A DNA stretch of 64,000 bases from Bacteriovoracia bacterium (GTDB lineage: Bacteria > Bdellovibrionota > UBA1018 > JBFWNL01), in contig JBFWNL010000001.1 in assembly GCA_050251055.1 (NCBI GenBank), positions 267,825 through 331,824 on the forward strand, given 5' to 3'. The position numbers and the translations under genes were made by a program. The notes below the pieces were generated by a model. It did not search any database, was not told where the DNA came from, and was given only the letters and a program-made list of their open reading frames with translations. Positions 28,564 to 38,880 of this stretch are shown here, in pieces. The number at the start of each line of letters is the position of its first letter. Position 1 is the first letter of the stretch.

Positions 28564-29526
28564 TCAAGCCAAGTGTAAGTCGTGTTGTCGCACCCGGCGC
28601 AGGAGCGTGGTCTTATTCATGCCGATCTGCCGAGCCGTCAAATTGATTCGGCCACGGAATCGCTCCAGCATCGTCGCCAGGTATTGTTTTTCGAATCGCG
28701 CGATCGTTTCGTAGTAGTCCATCGTCATCGGCACCTCCATCCAGCATACGGCGGCGGGCGCTTCCGCGGCGGTTCGCCCCCCTGAAACGGCTCCGGAGCC
28801 CCCAAGAAAGAACCACGGCGGCAAATGCTCAATCCCAATTTCCTCGCCCTCGGCCGCGCTCACCGCAAACTCCAGAACATTGCGAAGCTCCCGAACGTTG
28901 CCCGGCCAGCCGTGGCGCTCAAGGGATCCCGCAAGCTCTTCTGTAATTCGGCGGATGGCCTTTCCCTGCTCCCGGCTGATCTCGGACAGGCAGGCGTGCA
29001 CAATCGCGTCGAACTCGTCCGGTCGGGCCGCTAGAGACTTTAGTTCCAGCGTTATCACGCGCAATCGGTGAAAAAGATCCTCGCGAAAGTTCCCCCGACG
29101 GGCTTCCGTCGCCAAATCCCGATGGGTGGCGGCGATCACCCGCACGTCCAACTTTAATTCACGGTTCGAACCTAGCGGCATCACGACCCTCGACTGCAGG
29201 AAATCCAGTAACCGCGCCTGCAGTCGAGGGGTGAGCTCCCCTATCTCATCCAAAAAGACCGTCCCCCCATTTGCCATTTCCAAACGGCCCGTGCGCCGCT
29301 GGTCCGCACCGGTAAATGCCCCCCGCTCGTGGCCGAATAACTCCGACTCGAGCGTCCCCTCGTGCATCGTCGCTAAATTCACCGTCACGAATGGCTTCGC
29401 CTTGCGTGGCCCCTGCTCATGAATCTTCCTCGCTAAACGAGTTTTCCCGCTCCCCGTCGGTCCCGTGATCAGGACCGTCCCACTCGTACGCGCGGCCAGA
29501 GCCACTAAATCAACGCTTGCTCTCAT
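28564..29526 (-). CDS. sigma54-dependent activator (bEBP) without N-terminal regulatory domain
   Basis: [47 protein letters not shown]-terminal Fis HTH; start ATG 29526 after a purine-rich RBS. Confidence 0.88.
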   Translation of the reverse strand: MRASVDLVALAARTSGTVLITGPTGSGKTRLARKIHEQGPRKAKPFVTVNLATMHEGTLESELFGHERGAFTGADQRRTGRLEMANGGTVFLDEIGELTPRLQARLLDFLQSRVVMPLGSNRELKLDVRVIAATHRDLATEARRGNFREDLFHRLRVITLELKSLAARPDEFDAIVHACLSEISREQGKAIRRITEELAGSLERHGWPGNVRELRNVLEFAVSAAEGEEIGIEHLPPWFFLGGSGAVSGGRTAAEAPAAVCWMEVPMTMDYYETIARFEKQYLATMLERFRGRINLTARQIGMNKTTLLRRVRQHDLHLA

Positions 29527-29557
29527 CTCTCTCTCCCCTTTTTGGATTTGTTCAAAC

Positions 29558-29603
29558 CATGCCCGCCAACTCCCCCCTAGGTCCCCTACCGCTGGCGGGC
29601 ATG
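29558..29603. repeat. 11-bp perfect inverted repeat in the 5' leader of the bEBP gene
   Basis: CATGCCCGCCA (29558-29568) ... TGGCGGGCATG (29593-29603). Confidence 0.6.
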
Positions 29604-29615
29604 TGCCCTCCCTAG

Positions 29616-29631
29616 AGCAAGTGGCGTTCCA
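29616..29631 (-). promoter_or_regulatory. sigma54 (-24/-12) promoter
   Basis: Minus strand TGGAAC-GCCAC-TTGCT (GG-N10-GC). Confidence 0.65.
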
Positions 29632-29755
29632 ACCATGAACCGCAATCTGGCGTCGCATGAACCAGTTTTCAGGCCGAATGTAGGGAACTGCCCCGAGGAG
29701 GGAGTCCCGAGTTGTGGGATTTCCCCTACAGCTAAAACGGAATGTGGTTAAGCAG

Positions 29756-29784
29756 TTGACGGGTTTTGCCCGAAAGCTTAAATC
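29756..29784 (+). promoter_or_regulatory. putative sigma70 promoter (leaderless)
   Basis: TTGACG-N17-TAAATC, 6 nt before ATG 29791. Confidence 0.5.
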
Positions 29785-29790
29785 TTCCGC

Positions 29791-31206
29791 ATGAATTCAA
29801 AACCCGCCGTACTGATCTGCGATGACGACGCGCTCTTTCAGGCGACGCTGAAGCACGTGCTGGCGGATCGATTCGATATTCATTCGACCACGAATCCGGA
29901 CGAAGCCCGTGCCGCTTTGAAGTCCCGGCCCTTTCAGGTGATGTTGCTGGATATCCAGATGCGCACCCCCGACGATGGGTTACGGGCTCTGCCCAAGATT
30001 CGTGAACTCGAGCCCGATCTTCCCATCATCATGATCAGCGGTCGAAGTGACTTCCACACCGTCAAGGAAGCCATGCGACTGGGCGCGACCGATTACATCC
30101 CGAAAAACTTCGAACCGGACGACCTGCTGATTGCCATCGAACGTGCGCTGACGCATGCACGCACCGTACGCCAAGCAAGGCATCAGGACTTCGAGCGGCG
30201 TAAGGAGCACGGAAAGCATCAGTTCATCGGTAACTCGCCGGCCATCCTGAAGCTGAGGGCCGATTTAGAGAAGATACGCCGACGACCCGTGAATGTCCTC
30301 ATCACGGGCGAAACCGGTACGGGAAAGGAAGTCATCGCCCGGCAACTGCGGGGAAGCCTGGCGGACGGGACTCTGGAGCCTTTCGTCGCGCTGGACTCCT
30401 CAACTATCCAAGGGACCATGGCCGAGAGCGTGCTGTTCGGACATGAACGGGGGGCATTTACCGGCGCGGACCAGCTCCATAAAGGCGTCTTCGAATGCGC
30501 GGACGGGGGCATCGTTTACTTCGATGAAATCGCGAACATGCCGCTCCCAATCCAGGTGAAACTCCTGCGCGTGCTTGAGGAGAAAGAGATCACCCGCGTC
30601 GGGGGGACCCGCGCCATTCCGCTAGAGTTTCGGGTAATCGCGGCCAGCAATCAAGACTTGGCCGCGATGGTACGCAAAGGAGAGTTCAAGGCTGATCTTT
30701 TGAATCGCCTGGACGTAATTCAACTCCAACTGCCTCCCCTCCGCGATCGGCGCGAAGACATTCCTAAGTTAGCGGCTTATTTTTGCGAGCCCCGGACATC
30801 TCACTTCACCGAGGCTGCGCTCATGGCACTGCAAGCGTACGATTGGCCGGGAAACCTGCGCGAGCTTCGCAATGTCATGAACTACGTACTCACTTTGGCC
30901 GACGGCGAAGAGATCGACTTGGGAGATCTCCCGCCAAAGGTACGCGACCCCCTCCCGCGCGCATCGACTCAACTCAAAGCGGTAGATGCGATCCCGGAAA
31001 ACGCCACCCAACTCCTCGCCCAAGGCGTGGGATTTTATGATTTGGTGGCTGGATTCGAAAAGACCGTGCTCGCCGCCGCTTACCGGGAGAGCGATCAAAA
31101 CGTGAGCCAGCTGGCAATCAAACTCGGCATGGACCGTTCGCATTTACACGGAAAGCTCAAGGCTTATGGGATTCACGAAGCCAAGCCCAAGCCTCCCGGC
31201 CGTTGA
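29791..31206 (+). CDS. NtrC-family sigma54-dependent response regulator
   Basis: Receiver (CDDD, LLDIQM, ISG, PK), AAA+ [25 protein letters not shown]. Confidence 0.93.
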   Translation: MNSKPAVLICDDDALFQATLKHVLADRFDIHSTTNPDEARAALKSRPFQVMLLDIQMRTPDDGLRALPKIRELEPDLPIIMISGRSDFHTVKEAMRLGATDYIPKNFEPDDLLIAIERALTHARTVRQARHQDFERRKEHGKHQFIGNSPAILKLRADLEKIRRRPVNVLITGETGTGKEVIARQLRGSLADGTLEPFVALDSSTIQGTMAESVLFGHERGAFTGADQLHKGVFECADGGIVYFDEIANMPLPIQVKLLRVLEEKEITRVGGTRAIPLEFRVIAASNQDLAAMVRKGEFKADLLNRLDVIQLQLPPLRDRREDIPKLAAYFCEPRTSHFTEAALMALQAYDWPGNLRELRNVMNYVLTLADGEEIDLGDLPPKVRDPLPRASTQLKAVDAIPENATQLLAQGVGFYDLVAGFEKTVLAAAYRESDQNVSQLAIKLGMDRSHLHGKLKAYGIHEAKPKPPGR

Positions 31207-31231
31207 CCGGGCGGCGCCCTTTTGTTAGCGT
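31203..31231 (+). promoter_or_regulatory. putative sigma70 promoter (leaderless)
   Basis: TTGACC-N17-TAGCGT, 7 nt before ATG 31239. Confidence 0.5.
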
Positions 31232-31238
31232 TCACGCC

Positions 31239-32279
31239 ATGCCAAACTCTTCGCGAGTTTCTGATTTCCGCAGCGATACCGTTACGCGCCCTACTCCTGA
31301 AATGATGGAGGCGATGACCTGCGCGCCCCTGGGCGACGACGTGCTGGGCGACGACCCCACGGTAAAAAGGCTCGAGGAAATCTCCGCGGCGCTCTTCGGC
31401 AAGGAACGAGGGCTATTCTTCCCCACCGGTACGATGGCTAACCAGGCCGCCATTAAGTGTTGGACCCAGCCAGGCGACGAAATCATTGTAGAAGAACGCA
31501 GTCATACTTTTCTCTTTGAATGCGGCGGAATCGGCGTCATTTCCTCCGTACAGACCAGGACGCTGCCCTCGCAGCGCGGGACTTTCGATATCCCAACGCT
31601 GAAGTCCGCGTTCAAACGGGAAAACGACCACTCGCCAAAAACGGCGCTCGTTTGCTTAGAAAACTCGCATAACTTCCACGGCGGTGCGGTGGTGTCGCCG
31701 GAAGCGAGCGAAGCGATTTATGGAGCGTGCCGGGAATGGGGCGTGCCCTTGCACGTAGACGGAGCCCGAATATTCAACGCGGCGATCGCTTCCAACACGC
31801 CGCTCGCCACTTACGGGAAAGCCTGTGATTCGCTACAATTCTGCGTATCGAAGGGACTGGGCACCCCAGCCGGCAGCTTGCTCGTCGGTCCGGCGGACTG
31901 GATCGCCAAGGCCCGACGCGTTCGTAAACTCTTGGGCGGCGGCATGCGACAAACGGGCATCCTCGCCGCTTGCGGTATCGTTGCGCTCGAAAAGATGGTG
32001 CCGCGGCTCGCGCAGGACCACGCCTTGGCACAGGCGATCGCCCACGGCGTGCGTAAAATGAAACGCTTTCAACTCGCGATCGACACGGTGGAGACCAACA
32101 TCGTATTCGTGAAAGTTTCCGGGGGAAAGGCCGCCGACGTCACGGCCGCCTTGGCGCGCGAAGGACTCCTCGCCATCGACACGGCGGCTGACCAGTTCCG
32201 TATCGTCACGCACAAAGATGTAGGACCCGCCGACGGAGAGCGTCTCCTCGCCGTACTTACGAGTCTCGACCAAGCTTAG
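31239..32279 (+). CDS. ltaE: low-specificity L-threonine aldolase
   Basis: [37 protein letters not shown]. Confidence 0.92.
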   Translation: MPNSSRVSDFRSDTVTRPTPEMMEAMTCAPLGDDVLGDDPTVKRLEEISAALFGKERGLFFPTGTMANQAAIKCWTQPGDEIIVEERSHTFLFECGGIGVISSVQTRTLPSQRGTFDIPTLKSAFKRENDHSPKTALVCLENSHNFHGGAVVSPEASEAIYGACREWGVPLHVDGARIFNAAIASNTPLATYGKACDSLQFCVSKGLGTPAGSLLVGPADWIAKARRVRKLLGGGMRQTGILAACGIVALEKMVPRLAQDHALAQAIAHGVRKMKRFQLAIDTVETNIVFVKVSGGKAADVTAALAREGLLAIDTAADQFRIVTHKDVGPADGERLLAVLTSLDQA

Positions 32280-33756
32280 GACGAACCCCCTTGGCGGCCT
32301 TCTGGCTGTGGGACTCGAGCGCTAACCCATTGAGCGCGAACTGAATAAGCCCGCTGATACCGCCGCGGAATAGCCCCACCATCATCTTCGTGAAGAGTTC
32401 GTATTTGCGGCGGGAAAAGGGATACCAGTTCGCCTCGATCTTGCGGCTATCGGCGTCGATGAGCACCGATTTGATATTGGAGAACGAATAGAATCCAAAC
32501 TCCCCTTTGTAGCGCCCAATCCCGCTCTGTTTGACGCCCCCGAATGGAAGCGCGTGGTTGCCTTCCGAGAGCATCACGTTATTGATCGACACGTTGCCCG
32601 TCTCCAAAGCCCGGGCAACGCGGGTGGCGCGCTTTAAATCCTTGCTCCAGACGCTGGCCGACAGCCCGTAATCAGAATCGTTGGCGGCGGCAATCACTTC
32701 TGCCTCTGTCTTAAAGGGAATGATGGGAAGAATCGGCCCAAAGGATTCCTCGCGAACGACGTCTTGCTCGGGGCCTGCCGCCTCGATCAGGATGGGCGGG
32801 ACCCGCCGGGACTGCCGGTCCCAGTTCTTTCCCGTGAGCACGCGCGCTCCGGCTTTTTCGGCGCGCTCCAGCTGGCGGGCCAGGATTTCCGTCTGAAAGG
32901 GTACCGTCATCTCCCCGAATTCCGCCTCGCCCTCCTGATCCACGCCCAATCGACAGGCTGACCAGATTCGCGTTAACTCGGCCTTAAATGGTGCGTAAAT
33001 CGATTCGTGCACGTATAGGCGCTCAACTGAAGTGCACGATTGGCCCGAGTTCGTAAGCTTGCCCCAGGCCGCGCCGGCGGCGGCGCGCTCGATATTCACG
33101 TCTTCAAATACGATCATAGGATCTTTCCCACCTAGCTCTAGCTCAACGGGAATGAGATGCTCCGATGCCTGCGCCAGGATTCGTTTGCCGGTTTTCACGC
33201 TGCCGGTGAAGAAAATCTTCTGGGGTTTCTCCGCGATCAGCGCCGAGCCCGTGGCGCCGTCCCCATAGACGACCTGAATCCAGTTTTCGTCAAATCCTGC
33301 GCGTTTGAGCAAACCCTCTACCAATCCCTTCAGCGGCGTATGCTCGGAGGGCTTATAGATCGTAGCATTCCCGCATATAAAGGAGAGGGTGCAGGGAACG
33401 ACGGCCTGATAGAAAGGATAGTTCCAGGGAGAAATCACGAGCACGGTCCCCAGCGGCTCGAAATATACCCAAGACTTTTTACCCATCAGCGCGAGCGGCG
33501 TGGACGCTTTACGATCCTTGAGTATCTGAGTGGCACGGGTTTCTAAGTAATGAAGGTGCTCGAGTACGGGAAAAATTTCGGACATGAGCGCATCGGTTCG
33601 GCATTTTTGGGTATCGGCCTGGATGCGATCCATGATCGCTTCGCGCTCTTCCAAGACCAGCTCGCGCAAGCGACGAATATAGGCCAGCCGCTCTGCGACG
33701 GGCATGGACTTCAAGCGCAGGCGCGCCGTCTGGGCGTGGGAAAATACGGTTTTCAC
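32257..33756 (-). CDS. aldehyde dehydrogenase family protein
   Basis: [37 protein letters not shown]; GGAGG RBS with GTG start. Confidence 0.93.
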   Translation of the reverse strand: MKTVFSHAQTARLRLKSMPVAERLAYIRRLRELVLEEREAIMDRIQADTQKCRTDALMSEIFPVLEHLHYLETRATQILKDRKASTPLALMGKKSWVYFEPLGTVLVISPWNYPFYQAVVPCTLSFICGNATIYKPSEHTPLKGLVEGLLKRAGFDENWIQVVYGDGATGSALIAEKPQKIFFTGSVKTGKRILAQASEHLIPVELELGGKDPMIVFEDVNIERAAAGAAWGKLTNSGQSCTSVERLYVHESIYAPFKAELTRIWSACRLGVDQEGEAEFGEMTVPFQTEILARQLERAEKAGARVLTGKNWDRQSRRVPPILIEAAGPEQDVVREESFGPILPIIPFKTEAEVIAAANDSDYGLSASVWSKDLKRATRVARALETGNVSINNVMLSEGNHALPFGGVKQSGIGRYKGEFGFYSFSNIKSVLIDADSRKIEANWYPFSRRKYELFTKMMVGLFRGGISGLIQFALNGLALESHSQKAAKGVRPKLGRDS

Positions 33757-33889
33757 GCGGGCCTCCTCCTCAGTTAAAACTCTTCACCTGTCAAAAGACT
33801 AGACACGATTCTAAGGAGATCTCCCCTTTAATTCCAGGAAAACCCCTGGTTATACGAATATGTACGACCATGGCCAAGCGTGTCAGTTA

Positions 33890-33905
33890 TGGCACCTCTC
33901 TTGCT
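33890..33905 (+). promoter_or_regulatory. sigma54 (-24/-12) promoter
   Basis: TGGCAC-CTCTC-TTGCT, perfect consensus, 30 nt before ATG 33936. Confidence 0.75.
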
Positions 33906-33935
33906 TTATGTCGCTTCAGTAGGAGTCTATTTTTT

Positions 33936-34997
33936 ATGCTGCGTAATCTTGCTGTACTTGCGGTTTCCCTGAGCTTGGCCAACCCTCTCGCATTCGCGGG
34001 GGATAAGGCGCCCGTTTTCACGATCAAGGGCGTAGGTGCACGAGACCAAGTACGCGGAACCCTCCCTGCTCAGGATTTGCGCGATCTCATGGGCAAGGAA
34101 GAGCAAGTGATGGGACTCCAGAAAGACTACCTGAAAAAGCGCGAATGCAAGATCGACTCGAAGTACACGACGTTGATTCCTTACTGGGATGCCAAAGAGC
34201 AAGCCAAGCGAGACTGGGAGGCGACCATCGATCCTGAACTCGCCGACTTACTTGCCCAGTACTCCGGAAATCTGACTCGCATTGCTTCGGAACTCAAGGG
34301 ACCGAACAATCCTTCCGCGGCTCTCACCGTATTCACGCGGGATTTCGCCGCGTACGCTAAGACGGTGCGTGAGCTGGAAAATTTTGAAAAGTCCGATGAA
34401 GCCGAAGGCAACTGGTTCGACCATTCCCACAAGCGCAAGCGTAAGGGGCATACGGAAAAAGCCGATATCGAGCTCCAAACGCTGGTGAACAATAACCGAG
34501 CGAACCTGGCTAACCTCATCACGATCCACACGGCCGCGAAGACAGCGATCGAAAACGACGGCCGTAATCCTGACTTGCTGGATAAGGTGGAAGAACTTTA
34601 CTACCACAGCCGCGTGCTAGCGGTGCTGAACTACGCGCTGAAGAAACTCGATCACGCGGAAGCGCAAAACGCCTATCGCATGCAGGTGCTTCGTAACTTC
34701 AACGGCGACCTGATCAACACCGCCGGTTTTGACGACGCCTGCGCGGTGGTCAGAAAAGTCGGCCAGATCGACGCCTTGCTCACCGCCCTGAGCGGTGGGA
34801 TCAACGATCTAGACAACGCCATCGCCGCCGCTGACGGTAGCTCGCGACGCCCCACCTTGAACAACGTGGTGGGAGACGAGCCTACCCGCGAATCCATCAC
34901 CGACGCCTACCTAAAGGCCCGTACGTTTATCTTGAACACTACCTTGCCCGACACCGTGCTCGAGAACGAAAATCTTCGCTCTTGGGTGGGCAAGTAA
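33936..34997 (+). CDS. secreted, largely alpha-helical hypothetical protein
   Basis: AGGAG RBS; signal peptide MLRNLAVLAVSLSLANPLAFA; no recognised motif. Confidence 0.75.
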   Translation: MLRNLAVLAVSLSLANPLAFAGDKAPVFTIKGVGARDQVRGTLPAQDLRDLMGKEEQVMGLQKDYLKKRECKIDSKYTTLIPYWDAKEQAKRDWEATIDPELADLLAQYSGNLTRIASELKGPNNPSAALTVFTRDFAAYAKTVRELENFEKSDEAEGNWFDHSHKRKRKGHTEKADIELQTLVNNNRANLANLITIHTAAKTAIENDGRNPDLLDKVEELYYHSRVLAVLNYALKKLDHAEAQNAYRMQVLRNFNGDLINTAGFDDACAVVRKVGQIDALLTALSGGINDLDNAIAAADGSSRRPTLNNVVGDEPTRESITDAYLKARTFILNTTLPDTVLENENLRSWVGK

Positions 34998-35056
34998 GCC
35001 CGCACGGTTTAGTCACCCTGCTTAGTCCGTCATGGATTTGACATCCCGCTTTGACC

Positions 35057-35084
35057 TCCAGCTGGGGCGTGTCTTCGCCGATAC
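35057..35084 (+). promoter_or_regulatory. putative sigma28 (FliA)-type promoter
   Basis: TCCAG-N15-GCCGATAC, 9 nt before ATG 35094. Confidence 0.4.
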
Positions 35085-35093
35085 GCCTGGTAT

Positions 35094-35696
35094 ATGTGGG
35101 ACTTCATATCGCATAGCGCGCGCGCTAAACGTAATCGAGCCATTGAACAAAAGAAGAAGGAAGCAGCCGCCAAGCTGATCTCCAGCTTCCACTTGAAGCG
35201 AGTCCCCGCCCAGATTCGCATCTCCGGAGGCTTAGGTGGAGTCACGCAGGTCGTGCAGGCCCGGATCGTGTCGACGGATCTTGCCGAAAAGCGCGTCCGC
35301 ATCTTCACGCCGGTCGAGCTCCCCGAAGGCTTGGAAGTATCGATCACTTTCGCCGACCCCCAGCAGTTTTACATCAAAGGCAAGGTCCGCTGGAGCCGCG
35401 AGCACAACTTGCATCGCACGGTCATGTCGTCGGTGAATTACCCTTATCGATCTGAAATTTCGTTCGTGATGGAAACGGAAGCCGAGCGCGAGCGCGTGCG
35501 GGAATTCGCCCATAACTTCGCTCGCCGCTTTATCGCCAACGAAGAGCCGACGGATGCCCCTGCCCCAGCGGCGGCGACCGCCCGGGGAATGCCGAAGCCC
35601 GCGACCACATCTCAACGCGTTGAGATGCCACAGACCGAAATCACGCCGGAAAACGTGGCCGAGCTGGCCGCGCGCCGCCCGGCGAAAATCGCCTAA
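35094..35696 (+). CDS. degenerate PilZ-like domain protein
   Basis: Beta-barrel pattern (ARIVSTDL..., FYIKGKVRWSRE, YRSEISF); RxxxR and DxSxxG motifs not conserved. Confidence 0.55.
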   Translation: MWDFISHSARAKRNRAIEQKKKEAAAKLISSFHLKRVPAQIRISGGLGGVTQVVQARIVSTDLAEKRVRIFTPVELPEGLEVSITFADPQQFYIKGKVRWSREHNLHRTVMSSVNYPYRSEISFVMETEAERERVREFAHNFARRFIANEEPTDAPAPAAATARGMPKPATTSQRVEMPQTEITPENVAELAARRPAKIA

Positions 35697-35701
35697 TTCG
35701 A

Positions 35702-37264
35702 CTAGAGGGCTTTGAGCACGGCTTTCGAAGCCAATGCGCCCGGAGCACAGGTCAGGCCTCCGCCCGGATGCGCGCCACTTCCGCATAGGAAGAGCCCCGC
35801 CACGGGCGACCCGTACTGCGCCACTTCGGGCGACGGACGGGTGAAGAACTGATCCGGCGCGTGCTCGCCGTGGTGGATGTGCCCACCGGCGATGCCGTAA
35901 CGAGCTTCGAGGTCCGGCGGCGTAAGCACTTCCACGCCGACCACGGCCTTGCCGAAACCGGGAGAGTAGCGCTCGAGTTCGCGCACGACGGTGTCCTTGA
36001 GCTTGGCGCGAGTTTCCGCCGTCCACTCCCCTTTTGCCCCACCCTCGCGACAGACATAAGGCACGAAGTTCGCGAGCACCGACACCGACGCGTGCCCTTG
36101 GGGAGCGCAAGCGGCATTCGAAACGCTCGGGACCGAGATGTCGAGCACCGGGCGCTCGGGCATGCGGTCGTACTTCACGCCGTCAAAAGCCTTCTCGACG
36201 AAATCGAGATCCGATCCCGTACGGGCGAACTCAATCTGGTCGTTACCCCACTGCTTGAGGCGGAAAGGCTGGTTGAGGGCGAAGCGCAGCTGCGCGGTCG
36301 TCCCCCGCATGCGGAAGTTCTGGACGCGGCCCGCGAAGAGCTGTGGCAGATGGCGCGGGTTAACCCACTTCAAGAACGTCGTACGCGGATCGCAGCTCGA
36401 GGCTACCGCACGGGCGCTCAGCTGCTCACCCGATGCGAGCTTCACGCCCGTAACCTTACCCTGCTCGACGCAGATCTCGGCGACTTCCGCTTCGGTGCGA
36501 ATCTGCACGCCCAGTGAGCGTGCCGCCTTCTCGAGCGCCGTGGTCAAGGCGCCCGATCCACCCTTCACAAAGGTCTGGGCGCCAGCCTCCCAGAAGAGCA
36601 CGTTCAAGTTGCTCGTCGGGGACCAGGGGCCCATGTAAGTTCCAAACAGCCCCGGACCGCAGATCGCGGCCTTGAGCGGCTGAGACTCGAACCATTCGTT
36701 CATCCAGTCCGCCGCACACATGGGGCCGATGCGCAGGAACTCGAGCATGTCACCCTTACCTAGCCGGCGCAGGGACAGTGCGGTGTTCATGAGGCTCCAG
36801 ATATTGCCCAGATTCAGGTTCACGAGGTCCGGAGGTACGTCGTTGACCAGACGGTCAATAAACGGACGCAGGCGCGTGATAAAATCCTGGTACTTCAGGT
36901 ACTGGTCGGCATCCTTGGGGGAAAGCGCGCGAATCGACTGCGCGGCTTCCTGCGGCGTTCCGCCCAATACGAAGCCCGGGCCATTTTCTTTAGGCACGTA
37001 AACATGCGGACGCGTAGAAGCCAGCTGCAGGCCGTGGCGCTCAAGCCCCAGCTCCGCCACGATGTCCTTGCGTACGCCCGAGCTATCCTGGTGCACGCCC
37101 AAGGAGCGATATCCCGGATGGAACTCTTCGGTCGAGGCCAAGCCGCCCAGCTGGGCGCGCTTTTCCAGGACGAGGACTTTCTTGCCGGCCTTCGCCAGGA
37201 AAGTCGCCGTGGTTAAGCCGTTGTGTCCCCCGCCAATGACGATCGCGTCGAATTGCGTGCTCAT
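35702..37264 (-). CDS. phytoene dehydrogenase-like FAD-dependent oxidoreductase (paralog B)
   Basis: IGGGHNGL, LEKRAQLGG, GGHIHHGE, LCGSGAHPGGG. Confidence 0.9.
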   Translation of the reverse strand: MSTQFDAIVIGGGHNGLTTATFLAKAGKKVLVLEKRAQLGGLASTEEFHPGYRSLGVHQDSSGVRKDIVAELGLERHGLQLASTRPHVYVPKENGPGFVLGGTPQEAAQSIRALSPKDADQYLKYQDFITRLRPFIDRLVNDVPPDLVNLNLGNIWSLMNTALSLRRLGKGDMLEFLRIGPMCAADWMNEWFESQPLKAAICGPGLFGTYMGPWSPTSNLNVLFWEAGAQTFVKGGSGALTTALEKAARSLGVQIRTEAEVAEICVEQGKVTGVKLASGEQLSARAVASSCDPRTTFLKWVNPRHLPQLFAGRVQNFRMRGTTAQLRFALNQPFRLKQWGNDQIEFARTGSDLDFVEKAFDGVKYDRMPERPVLDISVPSVSNAACAPQGHASVSVLANFVPYVCREGGAKGEWTAETRAKLKDTVVRELERYSPGFGKAVVGVEVLTPPDLEARYGIAGGHIHHGEHAPDQFFTRPSPEVAQYGSPVAGLFLCGSGAHPGGGLTCAPGALASKAVLKAL

Positions 37265-38880
37265 ACTTCACCTGATTTCAGAAGGGTTTTCGCCGCGAGC
37301 TCGCCCGGGGCGCCCATGAGGCCTCCGCCCGGGTGCGTGCCCGAGCCACACATCCAAAGGTTCTTGATCGGCGTTTTGTACCGAGCCCAGCCCGCGGCCG
37401 GGCGCAGGAACAGAAGCTGCTCGAGCGAGAGCTCACCGTGGAAGATATTGCCTTCCGTGAGACCGAATTCCTGCTCGAGATCCCAAGGCGTCAGCACCTG
37501 TTTGTGCAGGATGGACTCCTTGAGAGTCGGACAGTACTCCGCCAACGTGTCGATGACGGCGTTGCCAAAGGCTTCGCGCTTCTCGGGCCACTTCGAGGCG
37601 CCTTCCTTAATGTTATACGGGGCATACTGAACGAAGATTGACATCACGTGCTTGCCCGGAGGCGCGACCGAAGGATCGGTCAGCGACGGGATGACGACGT
37701 TGAGATAAGGGCGCTTGGAGAAGTCGCCATACTTAGCTTCATCATACGCCTTCTCGAGGTATTCCATGTTCGGCGCGATCGCGATATCGCCACGCACGTG
37801 CGGGCCGTCACCTGGGCGGCACGTGAACTCGGGGAAGCGATCGAGCGCGAGGTTAACCTTGCCCGAGCTGCCTCTGAGTTTGTAGCGCTTGATCTGGGTC
37901 GTGAACTCGGGATCCAGATGCTCCTCGCCTACGGCCTTGAGGAACGTACGGTTCGGATCCATGGAAGAGATGACGACCTTGGCTTCGATTTCTTCACCGG
38001 TCGTCAAAACGACGCCGCTCGTGGCGCCGTTCTTCACCAAGATACGTTCAATCGGAGCCTGAGTGCGGATCTCGGCGCCGTAGCTGCGCGCGGCGGAAGC
38101 CACAGCATTGCTCACGCCGCCCGTGCCACCTTTGGAAAGCCCCCAGGAGCGCATCGCGCCGTCGATCTCGCCCATGTAGTGATGCAGGAGCACGTAAGCC
38201 GTACCCGGCGAGCGCACGCCCAGGAAAGTCCCGATGATGCCGCTGACGGACATCGGGCCCTTGAGCACGTCGCTTTCGAACCACATGTCGAGGAAGTCGG
38301 CGGCCGACATCGTCATCAATTTAGAATTGACGTACATGAGATCGGGTTCGAAGTCCTTGAAGTAGCGGCCAAGCCTGAGCAGATTCCACAACTCTTTCGG
38401 ATTCACGGAAGCCGGATCCGGCGCCGGCGAATCAATGATGTTCTTGGCGAAGCGCGCGAGTTTGTTCATCGCGATCGCGAACTCGGGGTAGTTTTCGGCG
38501 TCCTTCTTACTGAAACGCGAGATCTCCTGACGCGACTTCGAGGAATCCCCCCAGCGCGCCAGGGAATCGCCGTTCGGCAGCGGCAGGAAGGCACAGTCAA
38601 GCGGCATGATCTCCATGCCGTGCTTGGCGAGCTCAAGCTCCCGGATAATATGAGGCCGGAACAGGCTCACGACGTACGAGCAAACCGAGAACGTGAAGCC
38701 CGGAAAGACCTGCTCGCTGACGGCCGCGCCACCTAAGACGTGCCGACGCTCGAGCACCAGCACCTTCTTGCCGGCCTTAGCGAGATACGCGGCGCTAACG
38801 AGGCCGTTATGACCGCCGCCGACGATGATGGCGTCGTACTTATTCGATTTCGTGCCTAAAGCTTTAGATGTCGCGCTCAT
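37261..38880 (-). CDS. phytoene dehydrogenase-like FAD-dependent oxidoreductase (paralog A, PYROXD2-like)
   Basis: VGGGHNGL, LERRHVLGGA, YVLLHHYMG, GNIFHGE, MCGSGTHPGGG. Confidence 0.92.
   Translation of the reverse strand: MSATSKALGTKSNKYDAIIVGGGHNGLVSAAYLAKAGKKVLVLERRHVLGGAAVSEQVFPGFTFSVCSYVVSLFRPHIIRELELAKHGMEIMPLDCAFLPLPNGDSLARWGDSSKSRQEISRFSKKDAENYPEFAIAMNKLARFAKNIIDSPAPDPASVNPKELWNLLRLGRYFKDFEPDLMYVNSKLMTMSAADFLDMWFESDVLKGPMSVSGIIGTFLGVRSPGTAYVLLHHYMGEIDGAMRSWGLSKGGTGGVSNAVASAARSYGAEIRTQAPIERILVKNGATSGVVLTTGEEIEAKVVISSMDPNRTFLKAVGEEHLDPEFTTQIKRYKLRGSSGKVNLALDRFPEFTCRPGDGPHVRGDIAIAPNMEYLEKAYDEAKYGDFSKRPYLNVVIPSLTDPSVAPPGKHVMSIFVQYAPYNIKEGASKWPEKREAFGNAVIDTLAEYCPTLKESILHKQVLTPWDLEQEFGLTEGNIFHGELSLEQLLFLRPAAGWARYKTPIKNLWMCGSGTHPGGGLMGAPGELAAKTLLKSGEV

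Noticed and set aside
35702-38880. Carotenoid biosynthesis (crtI/crtO) genes
   Set aside because: No phytoene synthase, cyclase or GGPP synthase nearby; the genes are coupled to a GcvT-like enzyme instead
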